From: Macrostomum lignano
Lineage: Eukaryota
Direction: 5' to 3'
NCBI GenBank assembly: GCA_002269645.1
Contig: NIVC01002703.1
Coordinates: 1 to 64,000 of the forward strand
DNA length: 64,000 nucleotides
Shown piece after piece: positions 38,554 to 50,989 of the stretch. A program made the translations under genes and the position numbers. The notes beneath the pieces were generated by a model. The model was not told the DNA's origin. It worked only from the letters and a program-made list of their open reading frames with translations, and did no database searches. How positions within the stretch are numbered: position 1 is the first letter of the stretch; each line of letters starts with the position of its first letter.

Positions 38554-39165
38554 TTAGATTTGGGAGTTTCCAATGGTGCTGGCGGTGGAGTCCTGTGGCT
38601 GGCTGTCAATTTCCAATGATGTTGGCGGATTGGTTTTTGTCACACCGACACCGGTGACCTTCATTGGGTCTGGCTGTGGAGGCTGGACCTCCGGATATTT
38701 CGTCTGCTGCTGAGAAGAAGTGGTTGGCTGGCCAGTTGGCGCGTGTCCGTTCGGATTGAGGCTCTCAGCCTCTTCCGCCCGATCGCCATCAGTAGTCTGC
38801 AGGTCCACCAGTTCATTCGTCTTACGCTGTCGATGCCGGTGCCGACAGACAAGCGCAACTATTGCCGCAACAATTGCGACCAATGCAATCACGCTGAACA
38901 CCGCAACAGCAACAATCGGGCCAGTCTTGGAAATGGACTCGTTAGTAATTAAACTGGAATTGCCAGTTACCAGGCCGGGGGAGCTGGTGGACATCTTAAC
39001 TGGCAAACTCGACGAACTGATGGGATGGCAGAACCCGCCAGACCACAGTCTCTCACACTCTGGTGTTGAACCACCAGACAAACATTTCTCAGGACAATTG
39101 TCGCACATTTTACTGAGCTCATAGTAGTACTGATGTGGCGGACACTTTGGTGCACTGGCCGCCAT
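38554..39165 (-). CDS. second single-CRD TNF-receptor-like membrane protein, 203 aa (no signal peptide in this exon)
   Basis: C-x12-C-x2-C-x3-C-x8-C-x8-C; TM IVAVAVFSVIALVAIVAAIVALV followed by RHRHRQRK; acceptor-like TTCCAG just upstream of the ATG. Confidence 0.8.
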   Translation of the reverse strand: MAASAPKCPPHQYYYELSKMCDNCPEKCLSGGSTPECERLWSGGFCHPISSSSLPVKMSTSSPGLVTGNSSLITNESISKTGPIVAVAVFSVIALVAIVAAIVALVCRHRHRQRKTNELVDLQTTDGDRAEEAESLNPNGHAPTGQPTTSSQQQTKYPEVQPPQPDPMKVTGVGVTKTNPPTSLEIDSQPQDSTASTIGNSQI

Positions 39166-42100
39166 TGTACTGCTGGAACATGTTGTTAGAAATAAGAGCT
39201 TATTAAATTATAGCTGAAATTTTGGAACAATTCTTACAAGAATATGGCTCTTTACATACAACTGTCAAATTATTATAGAAAACAACACTGCACCAGCTAG
39301 GTAAAATTCAGATTGTGCATATAGCTACCAGTGCACCCACATTTATATAGTATACATACAGGTACAAAGGTTAGGCTTAATTAAAAATGATGGGTTGAAT
39401 ATGATATTAGTAGATTTTTAAACACTAGATAGGAAGCTTTGAGGACTTAAATTTTTGATAAAGATTGTTTTAAAAAACATCATTTTTTAATTAAAAGCAA
39501 TAAAGAGACTACAATTTAAATATTATTAGCTACTATTAGATTGAAAAAACTATATATATACATAGCAAACTATACCCCTGATATTATTAAATACAATGTA
39601 AACTATCTCCTATGGTTATATCACAATAATTGATTTTGTATGAACTTGCACAAGGATAGATTAAAAAAGAATGGCATTTAGTTTATTTATACTAGGATTT
39701 TAATAGTAAATAGGATAAGGCATAGAGGGTGCATAATGGTATAGATGATAGTCAACTTAGGTAAAAAGGTCTTGCTTTATCTACTACTTATAAATATTGC
39801 ATCTTCTTTCATCTTAGCTGCTATTGGAGAAAATCTAAAAAATGTAGACACTATACAAGTGCATAGACAAATTCTGATCCTAGGTATTATATGTAGCTAT
39901 GCAAGATCATAAGAATATATTTTAATTGTTAGCCTAACCTAGAAATGATTAAAGGGTAATTCCACGAGATGACGGTTGTTGGGTTGGAGCAAATAATAAT
40001 CAGTAATCATACAAAAGACAAACTAAATTGAGACTTTGTGAGTTCTATATTTATGGGCGTGACCTCTAGATTGAGATGAGATACATTTTAAAGTCATTTG
40101 TCTTACTGTGTTGATTTAGCAGAGAGAAACTTTCGATGACGGTCGTTTTTGGTGAAAGTTGATGTATCCAACTTTATAACTTAAGTTTAAGATTCCTGCG
40201 AATCAGGCAAGTTTTTGTCTTAATTGATCATTAATTGTAGTAAACAATAGCTAGATGAATGGTTACAAACAATTATTACATTTTAGTAGATAACTTTAAC
40301 TGTGTTGCACATTTTTTCTTAAATGACGGTCGTTGACTGATGGTCGTTTGTTTCAAAAAATGACCTTCAGTTTTAAAAAGTGTATTAGGATTCTCTATTT
40401 TTAGATACAATCTTGGTTAAAAGATTGTTTATAATCCATAGTTGTTCATATAAAAACTATAACTTGCTTGTCTAACCATAAAATTTATTATACCTGTTTC
40501 ACATTTCAGATCAAACGTACTTATGCACCTTCAACAAAAACATCACTTCATGATTGCACAACTCAACATATGATCATAAAGATGGACAGTCCTAATCTAT
40601 TCAAGAATTCAAAGAATAGAATATAAAAATTAACAAAACCAAAGGCAAATACAGATTATTTGTTAGGCAATAAGCAGTAGCACCAATGGATAGTAAAAAC
40701 TTGAATCTAGTTAGACTACTTATGCTGAAGATTGGGGCATGTGTTAAGGTGCATTGCAAACTAAAGTGGAGAGTTCTAGGAATCTAGGTGCATGGTTAGT
40801 AATTGGAACAACCTTTTTAATAGTGCAGGTTGAAAATGATTTTAAGGTATCAAACAAGTAATTGACAGTATACATTTTTAATAAAAGACTTGAATTCCAC
40901 TATATTTTTCTTTACAATCAAAACTGTAAAAACTTTGAAAGAGAAATTGAATAAGTAATTCACATTTATAAAAAGACATGATTTTAGAATATTAGTAAAT
41001 TCAGTTTTTTGTATAAAATTTAGGAATAAATGATAGTAATTCAGGTTTTATGAAGATCAACAGATTTCAGAATACCAGAAAATGATGGTCGTTAGGTAAC
41101 TTTGCAGGGTTTTTTTAGCATGTTACACTTATCATAAACTAACAAAAATGACTATAAACTTAAATATAGGCTCAGAAAATATTTTAGCATAAAATTATCA
41201 ACTTATAAACCTCTTGAAAATTAGTACAACAACTTTTTGTAAAAAAAAATGATGGTCGTTTTTAACACTTAAAAAAGGAAAGTCAAACTTTTTAAAATAA
41301 AAAAATATGATAGATAGAACTATATTAGATCATAAAACTTTATAATTTCAGTCTTTAGATATAAGAAAGAAAGATTTTTATTATTTATGCACTTGATGCA
41401 TTATGTTTATTTACTTTTTTTCTTATTGAAAACTAGATTAAACTTTTTATAATGTCCCGCGGGACATTTAAAATCTTGCAAGGGTACCATGATCAAAACA
41501 AAATATATATACCTAGAGGTAGATAAATGTGTATGAAACTACATAAAAATGAAACTATACATAATTATAAGCAAAATGAAAGATTCACATTTGCAAATAA
41601 TTTTTTAAAAAATTCTATACCTTTGATGACCCTATCATGGAATAGCCCTAAAGATAATAAGACAATAGTATAAAAATTTAATATTAATTTAATATTAGAG
41701 ACTTCAATAATAATCCTATTACTTGCTAATATGCATTGGAAAAGCAAATTTGAATAAAAAGTATGCCTAGAGCTAAATAGGCTATTTTTTCATGCCATCC
41801 TAAAATTGTGTTTATATGTCCAACAATGTAAATTACCCGGGCTAATTTTTTTAATAAAATGATAAATTGTGTCATGTACAAAATTATACTAGTGTAATTA
41901 TAAAATTAAATATTACTTTAAGAACATAAATAGTCAGTAAGAAGTTGGCATGTCCATTTACTAAAATGGGATTTAATGTGACTTGAACACTTATTGCAAC
42001 TGCATGATCTAGGATTCTTGGTAGGCTAGTACAAAGGGCATCCCAAAAGTTCATGCAATTGATCCATTTCTACCACAGACATCTTTTGAGTGGCTACAGC

Positions 42101-42954
42101 TATCAATATAGCAGTCCTGAGGCTAGCAGCAATCATTTCCTGTGCATTTGAGCTATTTGCACTTTTCTTTTTGTTACTACAATGATTCTCCTTACCACTG
42201 TTTTCTCTCTTTGGCTGATGTTGCAGTTATGGGAGATGACTATCAAAACAAGCGGGTCATTTAAACAGAACAACAGAATAGCTACAATAAATACCAGCTG
42301 CACAAGTCCACTAGCAGCTTGTTGGATATATATGGCAATGATGCACTATGCCAGTGTGCTGTGTACAAGTGGTAGGATTGGTTGAAGAGTGGCTGCACTT
42401 TGATCTTTGATAAGCCAAGATCTAGGAGACCTTAAAATGTGTAGACTAAAAGCAATATTAAGCTTATATGTGGTCTGCTAAAAATGATCCATAGTGGATG
42501 TCTGAAGAAATGGTAGAACTTAGTAGAATTCTTTTATCTAGCATCCACCAAATTTATAGAGGACCTGGGGTTGGCAATATCAATGTTTGAATAAGCTCTT
42601 TAATAAGATTGTCTGACTTCTGAAATACTTAAGTAATTTAGGTGCTATAAATGGCATTCATGACATAAGTTTTGGAAGTACTGGGAATAAGCCATTGCAT
42701 TTATTAGATCCTATTTTGACACCCTGACTCACTAAACTGCAGTATAATTGCATAAACTTTTAGGTAGACTATTATATATGCCATTGAATGTTAGGTTTGA
42801 TAGATACATTGAATTTATTCTTATTCAACTATCCCTAGAACCAATTGGTCTAGATAGAAATAAGGACCCAAACTTATTTGCCATCTTTTAAGCACAATGT
42901 CAATATGCTTGCAAATACTAAAGCATCTTGCTTTACCTTAAGATTATACATGCA

Positions 42955-43450
42955 CAACAATCAGCCAAGTTAGCCAATGTGGCCAATTGATTTGGTGGTC
43001 AACAAAGGTAAGTTGCAAAAATGCCCATCCAAATAAATACCCAAGTAGTACTAAGTAGATAATGAGGCATTTTGCCTTAATAAGAGAATCATAGTTAGGC
43101 CTACTCTTGCCATTTACCCAAAGTTGCATTAATTTTTCTTTAGGCCCTAGGGTTTCTTTTTAAATATGTAAATTGCTTTTTTGGCCAAAGACTACATCAC
43201 ATTTTTTGTCAAAACTAAGTTGCATGGGTAATCATACATGCGCAATAGTCGGCCGAGTCAGCCGATCTGGCCGACCAATTTGGTGGCCAACCAAGGAAGT
43301 TGCAAAAATGCCCATCTGAAAAAACACCAAGTAGTAGTACTAAGCAGCTGACGAGGCATTTTAACTTTATAAAAAAGTCATAGTTACTCTTGCCATTTAC
43401 CCAAAGTAGCGTTAATTGTGTTTTTACACGTAAGTCTCATTTTTTGGCCA
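42955..43450. repeat. diverged ~290-bp tandem duplication of a dispersed repeat
   Basis: AAGTTGCAAAAATGCCCATC...TACTCTTGCCATTTACCCAAAG occurs twice; related motif also at about 7097-7125. Confidence 0.6.
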
Positions 43451-44610
43451 AAAACTATATTGCATTTTTGTTAACACTAAGTCACACGGCCGACCGAATT
43501 TTGGAGGCTACGCATGTATGTGGGAAACTAAATTTTGGAGGTTGCGCATGTATGTTTAAGATGTATGATATACCATATATTATCATAGGCCTATCCTAAA
43601 TTCCTTTTTTCATTTATAAGCCACAATCGTCAATCTTACAACATCTAAAACAATCTAAACTCGTAAAATGCAAACTTTTTAGTCCTTAATTCCTTTATTT
43701 ATAAGCCACAATACCAATACTTAACTTAATTATTGACTTGTACCAAATCTTTGTTCCATATCAAAATAATAATTATAATATCCCTATTTGATATTTAGAT
43801 TTCAATTTTCTAATGTCAATCCAAACCAAATATTTATTTAATTCAATTTGATTCCAAATATTTGTCCTATCTCTAGTCATAACTTAGAGTTTTAATGGCA
43901 TTTAGTGGGATTCTAAAGGATAAAACCTCTATGGCTCTATCCCTATTAGGCCTTTAATAAGTTTAACAATTTTTGTTTCTTTCGAGCAAGCTATGATCAT
44001 TTATTTAAATAGAAAATCACACAGAGACTATGAACCAAAATGTAGTCTATAAAAAAGGATTATAAACCAAAGGAATGGCAGCTCAGGCAAGCCTAACCAT
44101 TGCTATTGCCATCCTATATACTAAAAATGAAAATCTTGCTTGCTTGCTTGCTTGTAATCGATTAGAGAAAAAATGGCTTAACCGATTTTCATGAGACTTG
44201 CACTGTTCGATCAGAAATTTTCCCGTGACGGTACATGCATCTTGGCTAAGAAATTGCTCCATGTTAAAGGGATTAAATATTCGAAAAACATGCTTTTTTG
44301 CAAAGGTCAAGCAAACTTTTCGACTTGAAATGCATTGTAAGAATGCTAGAGAAAAAACTGACTGGTTGAATTCTGATTCTGAAATAGATTGCATCATAAA
44401 TGAATTGTAACTCCGACTTGAATTGCGTCACAGTATTGAAAATGCAGTGTGGAAGCGTAGCACCAGACGTGATTTAGATTGCGTAACCATATTGTCAACT
44501 TTAATTGAGACTGATACTGACTTGCCTGGGAAATTGATTATGTCATAACTGCTTCGTTAGTGAGTGTTGAATTATATAAGTGCTACAATCTCATTTATAA
44601 ATTCAATAAT

Positions 44611-44676
44611 AGCTAGCCTAGATGTGAACAGACTAGACTGCAAATGCAGCGACCTGGGTTCGAATCTTAGTAGTGA
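44611..44676 (+). mobile_element. degenerate tRNA-derived (Cys-like) SINE-head remnant
   Basis: B box GGTTCGAATC at 44657-44666, GACTGCAAAT anticodon-arm-like, followed by an A/T-rich tail; no intact cloverleaf. Confidence 0.4.
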
Positions 44677-44724
44677 AAAGTTTTTTTATTAAAAGCTTTT
44701 ATTAAAGGACAAATAAAGGACAAA

Positions 44725-45260
44725 AGGCGTCATGTAAAAAAGCATAGAAGCGTCATGTAAACAATCATTGAAGCGTCATGTAAAAATCATAGAAGCGTCA
44801 TGTAAACAATCATAGAAGCGTCATGTAAAAAATCATAGAAGCGTCATGTAAACAATCATAGAAGCGTCATGTAAAAAATCATAAAAGCGTCATGTAAACA
44901 ATCATAGAAGCGTCATGTAAAAAATCATAGAGGTGTCATGTAAAAATCATAGAAGCGTCATGTAAACAATCATAGAAGCGTCATGTAAAAAATCATAGAA
45001 GCGTCATGTAAAAAATCATAGAAGCGTCATGTAAAAAATCATAAAAGCGTCATGTAAACAATCATAGAAGCGTCATGTAAAAAATCATAGAAGCGTCATG
45101 TAAACAATCATAGAAGCGTCATGTAAAAAATCATAGAAGCGTCATGTAAAAAATCATAGAAGCGTCATGTAAAAAATCATAGAAGCGTCATGTAAAAAAT
45201 CATAGAAGCGTCATGTAAAAAATCATAGAAGCGTCATGTAAACAATCATAGAAGCGTCAT
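44725..45260. repeat. 23-bp minisatellite (TCATGTAAAMAATCATAGAAGCG), about 23 copies
   Basis: direct inspection. Confidence 0.95.
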
Positions 45261-46219
45261 TAAAAAAAAGCCTTATATAAAAACTAATGGAAGTGTCATT
45301 TGAGAAATCATAGAAGCGTCATGGAAGAATAAAAGAAGCGTCATGTAAAAATCAAACAAAGCGTCATGTCAGACCTGAAAGAAGTGTCATGTAAAAATTA
45401 AAAGAAGCTATTGTGCTGTGCTGGGGAGACTTACTGAGATGTCAAGGCTTACGGAGAAAAACTGAGATTACGGGGGGGGGGTTTCTGAGCTGTCAAAGCA
45501 AAATCAGAAACTACTTCAAACTTCATGTACTTTCCTCAATTTTTTTTTACATTCTTTGTTGGCTCGCCACGGGGGCGCTGATAGAAGAAGAGTCATGTAA
45601 AAAAGAAAAGAAGCACTATGTATACATAAAAGAAAAGTCATGTCGAAGTTAAAAGATTCATTTGGGAATTGCTACGATGTCAAGGCTTGGAGGGAATCGT
45701 TATAGTGCTGTGATTCTTAAAGAAGGAATCACTAAAATGTCAAGGCTTAGGGGAGAAGAATTGCTGAGATTTCAAGGCTTTAGGTTGGGTTAAAGTTAGG
45801 TTTAGGTCAGGTTTGGGTTGAGGGTTAGATTTTAGCGGGTTTCAAGGTTAACAGGGGATTTTTCAGATATCAAGGTTTATGGGGGGCATTCCTGACATGT
45901 CAAGGCTAACGGGGGGAATAGCTGAGATGTCAAGGCTCATGGGGGAATAAATGAGATGTCAAGGCTAAAGTCAGAAGCAAGGACTACTTAAGTAGTCCTT
46001 GGTCAGAAGCTACATGTAGTCTATTGAAAACTTTTTTTCAATATTTGTTGGCTCCTCACGGGAGGGATCGCTGATAGAAAAAGCGTAATGTAAAAAATAA
46101 AAGAAGCTTCATGTCGAAGTTAAGAGATTCATTTGGGAATCCCTACGATGTCGAGGCTTCCAGGGAATCGCTATAATGCTGTAGTGCTATAATGACTGTT
46201 GGAGAGAATTACTGAAATG

Positions 46220-47306
46220 CAGTGTTGGGCAAGTTACTCAAAAAAAGTAACTTGCGTTACTGTAACTTAAGTTACCAATTTTTAAAAGGTAACTTACGTT
46301 AGCCTAGTAACTTTAGACAAAAATCTGGTAACTTTTAAGTTACTGTCCGTTACTCACTTCCGTTACCCATGTTATTAACAAAAATTTTCAGCTTTTTTTC
46401 ACATTGCACATTTTTTCACATTGTTGTTACCGAAATTTGCCATTGGGCATTGGGATTAACCGATTAACAGACAGAGACAGGAATTGGCGACACGATGTGA
46501 GGCAAGTAGAAGGACCAATGGGCAATGGCAATCAATAATTAAAATTATAAATGATAAAATAAACGAATATCAATAATTCAATAGAGTAAAATAAATAGAA
46601 CTGTATAAAATGGTTTAGTGTACTGCAGTGCCAGTGGAGGGACTTGTGGAGGCTACAGATGAATTTCTTTCTTTGGTTGTTTGTTTGAATCAAACTTGAA
46701 AATTTTTAGTAACGAAAATGAAAGGCGACAATATTTTACCGAAATTAACAAAGTAAAACATGTTTCAAGTATTTCTTCATTAATTAAGCGCAATACCATA
46801 TGATACTATTCACTTAATTTTGAATTTAGGAATGATACTATTCACTATTCACTATTCACTAATGATACTATGGTGCTGTATATGATACTATTCACTTAAT
46901 TTTGAATTTAGGAATGATACTATTCACTATTCACTATTCACTAATGATACTATGGTGCTGTATATGATACTATTCACTTAATTTTGAATTTAGGAATGAT
47001 ACTATTCACTATTCACTATTCACTAATGATACTATGGTGCTGTATATGATACTATTCACTTAATTTTGAATTTAGGAATGAAAAATGCAAAAACATGTGA
47101 CAACCGGCGTAATAGCTAAGCATTTCAGTTTTAAATTTAAATATTGCGATTGTTGCAAAGTAACTGTAACGGACTTCTGAAATTTGAGTAACTTACCGTT
47201 ACTCCGTTACCAAAATAGGAAAGTAACTTGCGTAAGGAACGCTTTACGAAAAAGTAACTTGCGTTACCATTTGCAAGTTACTCGGTAACGGAAGTGCCCA
47301 ACACTG
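46220..47306. mobile_element. hAT-type non-autonomous element, 1087 bp
   Basis: perfect 12-bp TIR CAGTGTTGGGCA; perfect 8-bp TSD CTGAAATG (46212-46219, 47307-47314); subterminal GTAAC/GTTAC motifs; internal ~90-bp repeat x3. Confidence 0.9.
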
Positions 47307-47322
47307 CTGAAATGTCAATGCT

Positions 47323-47392
47323 TTAGGGTTAGGGTTAGGGTTAGGGTTAGGGCTAGGGTTAGGGCTAGGGTTAGGGCTAGGGTTAGGGTTAG
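47323..47392 (+). repeat. interstitial telomere-like array (8 TTAGGG + 3 CTAGGG)
   Basis: direct count. Confidence 0.9.
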
Positions 47393-48524
47393 AAGGTTGA
47401 CAGATTTTTTAAGATTTCAAGGCTTATGGGGCATTGCTAAGATGTCAAGGGGATTGATATGCTAAGGCTTGTGGGGGGATTTTCTGACATGTCAAGGCTT
47501 ACAAGGTATAATGCAAAGAGACGCTTACATGTAGTTTATTAAAAAAACTTGTACTGCATTTTTTGGCTCCCCAACGGGGGGCGCTGATTGCTAGTTAGCA
47601 ATAAATGCTATAATTGTCTATAAATGCTATATAATTCAAAAATCAAAGTATTATAGAATATTGATAATATTGGGATTGCCAGCCCTCAGCCCAGCCCTAA
47701 AAGGACAAGAGTCGCCATCATTGATCATTGCCAGCCAGCCAGGCTGCCGCCCCAATCCCACTTTAATTTTAAATCCACCACTGGAAAAGCTTAAGCTATA
47801 GGCCAGGCCTACTGTAGTATGTATACTTTTTGGAGAAGGCGATAGAGAGGAGACATCAACATCGACATCATTTCATAAAAAAGCTTGACCCATTTTGCAT
47901 TTTGGCAAATGTAATCATTAATGTAAGAAAATACAGGTATACAGATCAGCCAGCAGTACTGTACACCACCTTATACTTCTGGTTCTAGTAAAAAATGTAT
48001 AAATCGTACAGTCCCTGCAGTTCCTCTAAACTTAAGAAGTGGATTTGACGCCAACTCATTCGTCGCGGTGCGAGTGCGACACGGAAGCTACGGTAACGGT
48101 AATTCGGGTAATACGGGTAATTTAGGCCTGCTCTAAGTAAATTGTGCCATATTTCCGTGTTAAAAAATCGTTGAGTGCTAGCCGAAACTTGAATAAGAAG
48201 TATATTTTAACTTTTAAGCATGACAGAACTTTTAAGCAAAACAAAACGAGCTAACTTGTCCTCATAAAGTTTAATTTAAAATGTTTTTACGGAAGCTTTG
48301 TTTTAGCTTGTATGGCGTATAAAATAATTTTTTCTTCGAAAATGACAGGTGTTCGAGTTCGAGCCATATATGTTGTAAGTAAGTCAGTCTACGAGTTTAG
48401 GGCCTAACTAATTTCAGGTTAATTGTATAGCGTTTTTTCTTCTTATTCAGGTTCAAGTTGCGTCGTTTAAATTTATATCTGGCAGTTCCTATCAATTCAT
48501 ACCGTGGTCTACCCAGTACCCAGA

Positions 48525-48545
48525 ATGTATTTGGAAAATGACAAT
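48525..48545 (+). CDS. SRP14: SRP14 exon 1 (MYLENDN)
   Basis: ATG TAT TTG GAA AAT GAC AAT|GTGAGT; phase 0; supplies the MVLLEN/SEQ-like N-terminus missing before FLTELT. Confidence 0.75.
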
Positions 48546-48909
48546 GTGAGTTTTACGAAACATAGATTAAAAGCCTGAGCCAAATTGCAGCTAAATTTTT
48601 TAAAGCATCCTACTAGTGTGTTTTCATCCTAGTCAACTTTATAATTAAATACAGACTTTTTAAATATTAAATGATAATAAATAATTTACTACTATTTTCC
48701 TTCTAGATTTTTTTGTTGATTTTGATATTTTTTTTATTTCAGTTTCAGAGGCAGGCTACCTATATGCAGCATAGTAATGGTTAGAGTTCTGGCACCAGAA
48801 CCCATTTTCTGGCACCGGAACCCATTATGGATCCAGTAGTGCCATATAGAAGCATATAAAAGTCAAAGACTACTAAGAACATATCTTTAAGAAGTCTAAA
48901 CACTAGAAG

Positions 48910-49466
48910 CTATAGTCAGGATCATGTGATGGTATACGCCTGAATAAAAAGTCCCCTAAAAAAATCTATGCCACTTCATACTGAAACATATGCCAAGGTC
49001 CTAGGAACTTACGCCAGGTTTTCTAGGCTTTGCGACAATAAATGACCTTTTATTTAACAAATTTGTGGTTTTCATTTAAAGTAAATTGGCTTTCAGATAA
49101 TGCCAACAAAAATCAATTTTTTGTTTAAGTTTTTTTAGAAAATTAACACAATTAGTTTGCGTGGAATTTTAAATTTTTATAAATCACGAATAGTTATAAA
49201 CTTTCATCTTATGAGTTTTACGGTTTTTATGATTTTATAATAAGATTCTAAGGTTACAGCGTTATGCCAACAATTGTTAATATTAACTTTGGCGTGAAGG
49301 TTGGAGTTAGCGTACGCTGCTTGGCATATTTACACCACGGCGTCATGCCAAAAAGTACGCGAAATATATTTTGCCTCATTTTTTATGCCAATTGTATGCC
49401 AAAAAAGTAAAATTTTCAATTGTATGCCGGAAATTTCTGGCATAATGTACATCATCCTGACTATGG
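48910..49466 (-). mobile_element. CCATAGTC-family MITE, reverse copy
   Basis: ends CTATAGTCAGGAT / ATCCTGACTATGG; perfect 8-bp TSD ACTAGAAG (48902-48909, 49467-49474). Confidence 0.8.
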
Positions 49467-49503
49467 ACTAGAAGTAGGCCTATCTCGTTTCAAATCTTAT
49501 AAT

Positions 49504-50139
49504 GGGTGTTCCACTATAGCCATAGCTATGGCTATGGGATCTTATGGCAAATATATTAAAATAGGTGCCTATGGCAGCTATGGATATGCCTACGGTAACT
49601 AGCTGCTCTTATGGCTATGACTACGGAAATATGGTAGTTGCTGTCACATTCTGTAGATTCACGTAGCCATAGTTATTAATGTTAAAAAATTGAAAAATAT
49701 TAGAAACAGGTAAAGTAAAACAAAGATACTTTTAGTAAACTGTATTATCAACCTAGAAAAATATACCTAAAAAAGTACAATAAAACACTAGCAAACTCTT
49801 TTTTTTATTAATGTGAAAAAGTTTAGTTTGAGTACTTTCAGTAACAATTAAGTATTGTTGCTTTAAAAAAAGACAAAATATAATCTTACAAAGGCAATCG
49901 AGTGTTTCTTTTATTTTCTAACTTAATTTGCAGTTGTTTAAGCACTAGGTTATCTTCTTAATTCAAAATATTTTGTTTTCTAGACTTTTTGTTAAAACTA
50001 TGGCTATGGCTATAGGAACTATGGAAATATGGTAATTTCGGGGTCTCTATGGCTATAGAGTATGGAAAATTAGAATAAGCCATAGTTTTGCTTACAGCTA
50101 TGGCTATAGTATATGGACCCTCCTTATGGCAGAACACGA
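49504..50139. mobile_element. hAT-like MITE with CTATGG subterminal repeats
   Basis: 8-bp direct repeat CTTATAAT (49496-49503, 50140-50147); short TIR core GTGTTC/GAACAC. Confidence 0.6.
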
Positions 50140-50989
50140 CTTATAATATTGTCTTGAGTCTTATCTAGAACAAAATCCTAATATCAGCCACCTGTACTAC
50201 TGTAAAAAGAAAAATATAATGTTCTATCTATATTATAAAGACACTGCCAGATCCATAGCCATTAGATTTGAAAATGGGTTCCAATGTTGGAATTAGAGGT
50301 GTCATGAAATCTCAACGAGATGAGATTCAAGATAAGATCTTGACATTATTTTTTAATCTTGTCTCAAGAAATCTTGACTTTTGTAAAAAAAATTGAAATA
50401 AGATTTAAGAAATTGAGAATTTTTTAGATTGCTAAAAATCCTTTTTTCTCTTTTCAGTCTTCTTTTTATTTTCTTCTATTTCTTTTCAACCTTCTCACTT
50501 TAATTTTTTGCCTTTTGGCAGTTATTATTTGTCTGGTACTAGAAAATTCAATAAATAACAGTGAAGTTATTTGTCCAGTATAGTACAGACGTGGATATAT
50601 AATAAAAATGTGAAATATAGGTATACAGGGAATATTAAAAAAAGTAGTATATAGTTCACTTTTAGACTAGAAGCAGAAAATATTTGTTATGGTTAGATAG
50701 TGCTATACTATAGGATCACAATTGGCAAACTCCCTTGAAGGCCAAAGGCAAAATACCTAAAGTTTTATATAATGTTTACCTATTATATTTTGTTCTATAT
50801 ATATTGGTATATTTTGGTTTCACAGTAAATAGTAATCATAGTATAATCAAAATTCATAATGATATTTGCTGCTTTATAACACAAATGCCAAAGTAAGGAC
50901 TTAGAGTTATTACAATAACACTTGGAGTTGTTACAATAAAGAGTAGAGTCTTCATTATAGATTCAAACTCAGTACTGACTGATCATCAG

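Noticed and set aside
39950-41270. Recurrent TGAYGGTYGTT motif and a TTAA|AGGG possible Kolobok-like left end
   Set aside because: No matching right TIR or TSD found, so boundaries cannot be supported.
42020-42360. Possible decayed hAT/zinc-finger transposase on the minus strand
   Set aside because: Multiple stops and no diagnostic motif recognisable without a search.
44611-44676. Functional tRNA-Cys gene
   Set aside because: The B box is present but the acceptor and D stems cannot be paired.
47323-47392. Chromosome end or fusion site
   Set aside because: Only 70 bp, one orientation, no head-to-head junction, embedded in dispersed repeats.
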